Shown: positions 6,439-10,151 of the stretch, piece after piece | Layout of the letters: each line of letters starts with the position of its first letter | How positions within the stretch are numbered: position 1 is the stretch's first letter | Source of the DNA: Candidatus Eiseniibacteriota bacterium | Lineage (GTDB): Bacteria; ARS69 | NCBI GenBank assembly: GCA_052390515.1 | Contig: JBQTGV010000052.1 | Coordinates: 1 to 10,151, forward strand | Direction of reading: 5' to 3' | DNA: 10,151 nt | Made by a program: the position numbers and the translations under genes | Notes under the pieces: model-generated | What the model was told of the DNA's origin: nothing | Seen by the model: the letters and a program-made list of their open reading frames with translations, nothing else | Databases searched by the model: none

Positions 6439-7431
6439 GTGATCGCGAGTCGAGAGTGGTCGGGCCGGCGCGTGGTGGTGACCGGCGGGACCGGATTCCT
6501 CGGCCGGCACCTCGTCGAGCGCCTGCGCGGTCTCGGCGCCGACGTCGTCGCCCCCTCCTCCAGCCAGTGCGACCTGCTTCGCCCGCAGAACGCGCTCGAC
6601 CTGCTGCAGGGCTCGCCCGACGTGGTCTTCCAGCTGGCCGCGCGCGTCGGCGGGATCGGCGCCAACCGCGAGCATCCGGCGACCTTCTTCCGCGACACGC
6701 TGCTCATGGGGCTGAACGTGCTCGAGGCCGCCAGGGCCCGGCGCGTGGGCCGGCTGCTTCAAGTAGGTACGGTGTGCAGCTATCCGAAGCACACCCCGGT
6801 TCCCTTCCGCGAAGAGGATCTCTGGTCCGGGTTCCCGGAGGAGACCAACGCCGCCTACGGGATCGCCAAGCGCGCGCTGATCGCCGGCTCCATGGCCTAC
6901 GGGCAGGAGTTCGGCGTGCGCTGCATCAACGTGCTGCTGCTGAACCTGTACGGCGAAGGCGACAACTTCGACCCGCGCTCGTCGCACGTGATTCCGGCGT
7001 TGATCCGCAAGTGCGTGGACGCCGCGGAGCGCGGATACGACGCCGTCGGCGTGTGGGGTGACGGCAGCGCGACACGAGGCTTCCTGTACGTGAAGGACGC
7101 GGTGGACGGGCTGCTGGCCGCCGCGCTTCGCGTGGAGACTCCCGAGCCGATCAACCTCGGTGCGCCGGGGGAGATATCCATCGGCGATCTCGCGCGGATC
7201 ATCGCGCGGCAGACCGGCTTCAAAGGAGCACTCCGCTTCGACGCGGGCGAGCCGTCCGGCCAGCCGCGAAGGTCGCTCGACGTGAGCCGCGCGGAGCGGC
7301 TGCTCGGCTTCCGCGCCTCGACCGCGCTCGAGGAAGGTCTCTCCCGCACCATCGCGTGGTACCGGAGCGAGCTCGAGCGGGAGCGGCTCTTCCCGCGCCC
7401 GGAGGCCGCCCGGGCCGAAGCCCTCTCGTGA
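6439..7431 (+). CDS. fcl: GDP-L-fucose synthase-like extended SDR (GDP-4-keto-6-deoxy-mannose epimerase/reductase), 330 aa
   Basis: VTGGTGFLG Rossmann motif, LAARVGGIGAN, GTVCSYPK (catalytic Cys), YGIAK (YxxxK), NLYGEGDNF, SHVIPALIRK (catalytic His), WGDGS, GQPRR. GTG start with AAGGGGGAG upstream. Confidence 0.9.
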   Translation: MIASREWSGRRVVVTGGTGFLGRHLVERLRGLGADVVAPSSSQCDLLRPQNALDLLQGSPDVVFQLAARVGGIGANREHPATFFRDTLLMGLNVLEAARARRVGRLLQVGTVCSYPKHTPVPFREEDLWSGFPEETNAAYGIAKRALIAGSMAYGQEFGVRCINVLLLNLYGEGDNFDPRSSHVIPALIRKCVDAAERGYDAVGVWGDGSATRGFLYVKDAVDGLLAAALRVETPEPINLGAPGEISIGDLARIIARQTGFKGALRFDAGEPSGQPRRSLDVSRAERLLGFRASTALEEGLSRTIAWYRSELERERLFPRPEAARAEALS

Positions 7432-8723
7432 AGCTCCTGCTCGTCAACCAGCACTACCCGCCCGACGCGGGCGCGACGGGCAAGCTCGCCGCGCAGCTGG
7501 CGGTGTCGCTGGTCCGGCGCGGGCACGCCGTGACGGTCCTCACCGGCCGTCCCACCTACGAGGAGGCGAAGGGCGCGCGCGCGCCGCGGTCGGAGTGGCG
7601 AGACGGCGTGCGCGTGATCCGGCTGCCGCTGCTGCCGCGGCGCGACTCGCCGATGAGCCGGCTCTTCCACTACGCGAGCTTCGCCCTGGCGCTGGCGACG
7701 CGGGCACCGTTTCTCGCGCGGCCGGACACGGTGCTGGCCTTCTCGTCGACTCCGGTGTTCGGTGGGGCAGCTTCGGCGCTGCTCGCACGCTTCCTGGGCA
7801 CCCCCTTCGTGTACGTCGTGCAGGACGTGTATCCGGAGGTGGCGGTGGCGCTCGGCGTGCTCCGCGAGGGCGTGCTGGAGCGTGCCGCGAGACTGCTCGA
7901 GACGCTGGCCTGGCGCTCGGCGGCGCGGATCGTGGTCATCGGTCCGGAGATGGCCGAGGCCGCGCGCCGTCGCGGGGTGGACGCGGAGAGGCTCGTCGTC
8001 ATCGGGAACTGGGCGGATCCCCTGGAAATCCGGCCGGCCGCGGGCGAACCGTTCCGGCGCGAGGCCGGAATCGACGAGGACGAATTCGTCGTCGAGTACG
8101 CCGGCAATCTCGGGCGGAGCCAGGATCTGGACGCCGTGCTGCGGGCCATCCGCATCGTCGAGGAGCGGGCCGGGCCGCGGCCGGTGCGCTTCCTCTTCGT
8201 GGGCAGCGGCGCGCGCTCCGACGAGATTCTCCGGGAGGCGGAGCGCTCCGCGAACGTCACGCTCATGCCGCGCCAGCCGGAAGAGAAGCTCGCCGACGTG
8301 CTCGCTGCCGCGGATCTCTCCCTCGTGCCGCTGCGCCGCGGACTCAGCCGCTGGTGCGTGCCCAGCAAGGTCTACTCCATCCTCGCCTCCGGCCGGCCGG
8401 TCGGCGCGTGCATCGACGCTGACAGCGAGGTCGCCCGTATCGTCACCGGCTCGGGATGCGGGTTCCGGGTCGACGCCGGGGATGCGGCGGCTCTCGCCGA
8501 GGAGATCCTGCGGCTCGCCGGGGATCCTGAACGCGCTCGCCGCCTCGGGCAGCGCGGGCGCCTCCGCGCCGAGACGACCGACTCCCGCGAGCACGCCGTC
8601 GACCGCTACGAGGAGCTGCTCGAGCGGGTGGTCCGGTCAAGTGGGCCGGGGAGCGTGCCGACGCCACCCATGGGACCGCGCTCCGCTGCGCCGCCCGAGC
8701 CGGGAGAGGAAGAGCGACCGTGA
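7428..8723 (+). CDS. Glycosyltransferase family 4, WcaI/WbuB-like, 431 aa
   Basis: Starts at the GTG overlapping the fcl stop (GTGA): MKLLLVNQHYPPD. Motifs VTVLTGRPTY, YVVQDVYPE, VIGNWAD, YAGNLGRSQDLD, VPSKVYSILASGRPV. Confidence 0.9.
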   Translation: MKLLLVNQHYPPDAGATGKLAAQLAVSLVRRGHAVTVLTGRPTYEEAKGARAPRSEWRDGVRVIRLPLLPRRDSPMSRLFHYASFALALATRAPFLARPDTVLAFSSTPVFGGAASALLARFLGTPFVYVVQDVYPEVAVALGVLREGVLERAARLLETLAWRSAARIVVIGPEMAEAARRRGVDAERLVVIGNWADPLEIRPAAGEPFRREAGIDEDEFVVEYAGNLGRSQDLDAVLRAIRIVEERAGPRPVRFLFVGSGARSDEILREAERSANVTLMPRQPEEKLADVLAAADLSLVPLRRGLSRWCVPSKVYSILASGRPVGACIDADSEVARIVTGSGCGFRVDAGDAAALAEEILRLAGDPERARRLGQRGRLRAETTDSREHAVDRYEELLERVVRSSGPGSVPTPPMGPRSAAPPEPGEEERP

Positions 8724-9961
8724 CCAGCTTCCCGTTCGTGTGGTTGTTCGCCGCCTCCCTCGGCGCCACGCTCCTGGCCATGCCGCTGGCGCGCTGGATG
8801 GGGGCACGCGTCGGGCTGCTCGATCATCCGCACGAGCGCAAGCTGCAGACGCGCGCCGTGCCGCGCACCGGCGGGATCGGCCTGCTCGTCGGTCTTGCCG
8901 CGGGGACCGCGGTGCTCATCCACCTCTCCGGGCGGCTCGGCGTGCCCATCACGCGCGAGCTGCTCGCCGTCTTCGCCGGGGCGGTGATCGTCCACGCCAC
9001 CGGCGTGCTCGACGACCTTTTCGACCTGCCGGCGGTGGCGAAGCTCGGGGCGCAGATCCTGGCCGTCGGGGTCGCCGTGACCCAGGGCGTCGTGATCGAT
9101 CGCATCGTGCTTCCGGGCGGCGCGGCGTGGGACCTCGGCCTCTTCGCGGTGCCGGTGACCATGTTCTTCCTGCTCGGATTCGTCAACGCGATCAACCTGG
9201 TGGACGGGCTGGACGGCCTGGCCGCCGGCATCGCCGCGATCGGCGCGCTGACGCTGGGTCTCGCCGGCGTGCTGCAGGGCAACTACGTGCTCGCCTCGCT
9301 GTCCACGATCCTGCTGGGCGCCGTCCTCGGCTTCCTGCCGTTCAACTTCCGGAGGGAGAAGACCTTCCTGGGCGACGCCGGGAGCATGCTGCTCGGCTAC
9401 ATGCTGGGCGTGACGGCGATCGCCGGGGCGTGGTTCTCGGGTCAGTCCACGTCGCTCGTGATCGGGGTGGCGGCCGCGTCGGTGCCGATCCTCGACACCG
9501 CGACGACGATCGTGCGCCGCTTCCGCAACGGCCGGCGGCTCTTCGACGCGGACTCGATGCACATCCACCACCGCATGGTGCGCGCCGGACTGAGTCCGCG
9601 GCGGACCGTGCTGACCATCCTCGCCGTCACGCTGTTCGCCGCGGGGCAGGCGCTCGTCTACTTCGTCGAGGGGGTGCGGCTGCTGGTCATCTCGTCGACG
9701 CTGGCCGTGGCGCTCGCCGCGATCCAGGTGCTGCTGCGGCGCCGCTCGCACGCCGCGGACCCCGACGACTCCGGCTTCCGCGAGATCCTCCTCTACCTGG
9801 TCGGTGCGCAGCGTGGCCGCGGGGCGCTCATGGACGAGAGCGTCGGCATGGCGGACGTGCTGGCGGCCGTGCAGGCCGCGCGCGAACCGGCCGGCGTTCG
9901 CGCTTCGTGGCCGGGTGCGGCGCCGGCGCCGGTCGAGGAAGTGGAGACCGGCGGGCGCTGA
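8720..9961 (+). CDS. wecA: WecA/TagO (MraY-family) undecaprenyl-phosphate N-acetylhexosamine-1-phosphate transferase, 413 aa
   Basis: Multi-pass hydrophobic protein with DHPHERKLQ..VPRTGG, GVLDD, NAINLVDGLDGLA, FLPFNF, FLGDAGS, PILDT and the WecA-type HIHH motif. GTGA overlap with the upstream GT, and GAGGAAGAG upstream of the start. Confidence 0.92.
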   Translation: MTSFPFVWLFAASLGATLLAMPLARWMGARVGLLDHPHERKLQTRAVPRTGGIGLLVGLAAGTAVLIHLSGRLGVPITRELLAVFAGAVIVHATGVLDDLFDLPAVAKLGAQILAVGVAVTQGVVIDRIVLPGGAAWDLGLFAVPVTMFFLLGFVNAINLVDGLDGLAAGIAAIGALTLGLAGVLQGNYVLASLSTILLGAVLGFLPFNFRREKTFLGDAGSMLLGYMLGVTAIAGAWFSGQSTSLVIGVAAASVPILDTATTIVRRFRNGRRLFDADSMHIHHRMVRAGLSPRRTVLTILAVTLFAAGQALVYFVEGVRLLVISSTLAVALAAIQVLLRRRSHAADPDDSGFREILLYLVGAQRGRGALMDESVGMADVLAAVQAAREPAGVRASWPGAAPAPVEEVETGGR

Positions 9962-9964
9962 CAA

Positions 9965-10034
9965 CGCTTCGGATCGCCGGCGTCCGGGCCGGTGAATCGC
10001 CCTCAGCCTGCGAAGCGGACGACACTCTAGTGTC
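9965..10034 (+). terminator. Stem-loop cluster downstream of wecA (possible terminator or structured RNA)
   Basis: Inner hairpin TCGCCGGC-GTCCGG-GCCGGTGA (9974-9995, one G.U pair). Flanking CGCTTCG (9965-9971) and CGAAGCG (10011-10017). Then GACACT-CT-AGTGTC (10021-10034) followed by T-rich CTGTTTGATT. There is no clean U-tract. Confidence 0.4.
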
Positions 10035-10107
10035 CTGTTTGATTAGTTCATGACAGATTGGGATCGATCTGCGAGTCTCTGGCAAGCTCCGTCCAAGGAG
10101 GGAAGAG

Positions 10108-10151
10108 ATGCGCACGGGTCGAAGGTTGAATCGCTTCGTCTTGAGTCCGAC
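10108..10151 (+). CDS. 5' end of a downstream gene, truncated by the window edge (MRTGRRLNRFVLSP...)
   Basis: Perfect Shine-Dalgarno AAGGAGG at 10095-10101 and ATG at 10108. The frame is open to the window end. The basic N-terminus is compatible with a signal peptide n-region. Confidence 0.6.
   Translation, partial: MRTGRRLNRFVLSP

Noticed and set aside
6232..6987. N-terminal extension of AsnB in the 897-aa ORF
   Set aside because: Class II amidotransferases need the Cys at the mature N-terminus. The extension is antisense to fcl plus intergenic DNA, and the GTG at 6231 has its own SD.
6897..10053. Long alternative-frame or antisense ORFs (6897-8594, 7762-10053, 8606-9964 and shorter ones)
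   Set aside because: They overlap well-supported genes almost entirely, are low-complexity or antisense shadows, and contain no domain motifs.
1..10151. CRISPR array, tRNA/rRNA, IS or integrase
   Set aside because: I found no regularly spaced repeats, cloverleaf motifs, or transposase/recombinase ORFs by eye.

Overview
High-GC bacterial window (roughly 70% GC by eye) carrying a divergently arranged surface-glycan locus plus two neighbouring genes. Minus strand, reading leftwards from 6231: an AsnB-type class II glutamine amidotransferase (4294-6231) coupled by a TGATG overlap to a GT4 glycosyltransferase (3131-4294), then a DUF2270 membrane protein (2314-3081), then an M3A metallo-oligopeptidase (109-2151). 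The peptidase has an N-terminal signal peptide, motifs resembling eukaryotic thimet oligopeptidase/neurolysin, and probably its own sigma70-type promoter. Plus strand, from 6439: a GDP-L-fucose synthase-like SDR (6439-7431), a WcaI/WbuB-like GT4 (7428-8723) and a WecA/TagO-family polyprenyl-phosphate HexNAc-1-P transferase (8720-9961), joined by GTGA overlaps. A structured intergenic region follows, then the first 14 codons of a further gene at 10108. No mobile element, CRISPR array, rRNA or tRNA was seen. I found no clear-cut novel system. The best leads are the exported TOP-like peptidase, the DUF2270 gene attached to an amidotransferase-GT module, an fcl without adjacent gmd, and several intergenic repeat/hairpin motifs. 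All family calls rest on motif recognition, not database searches.
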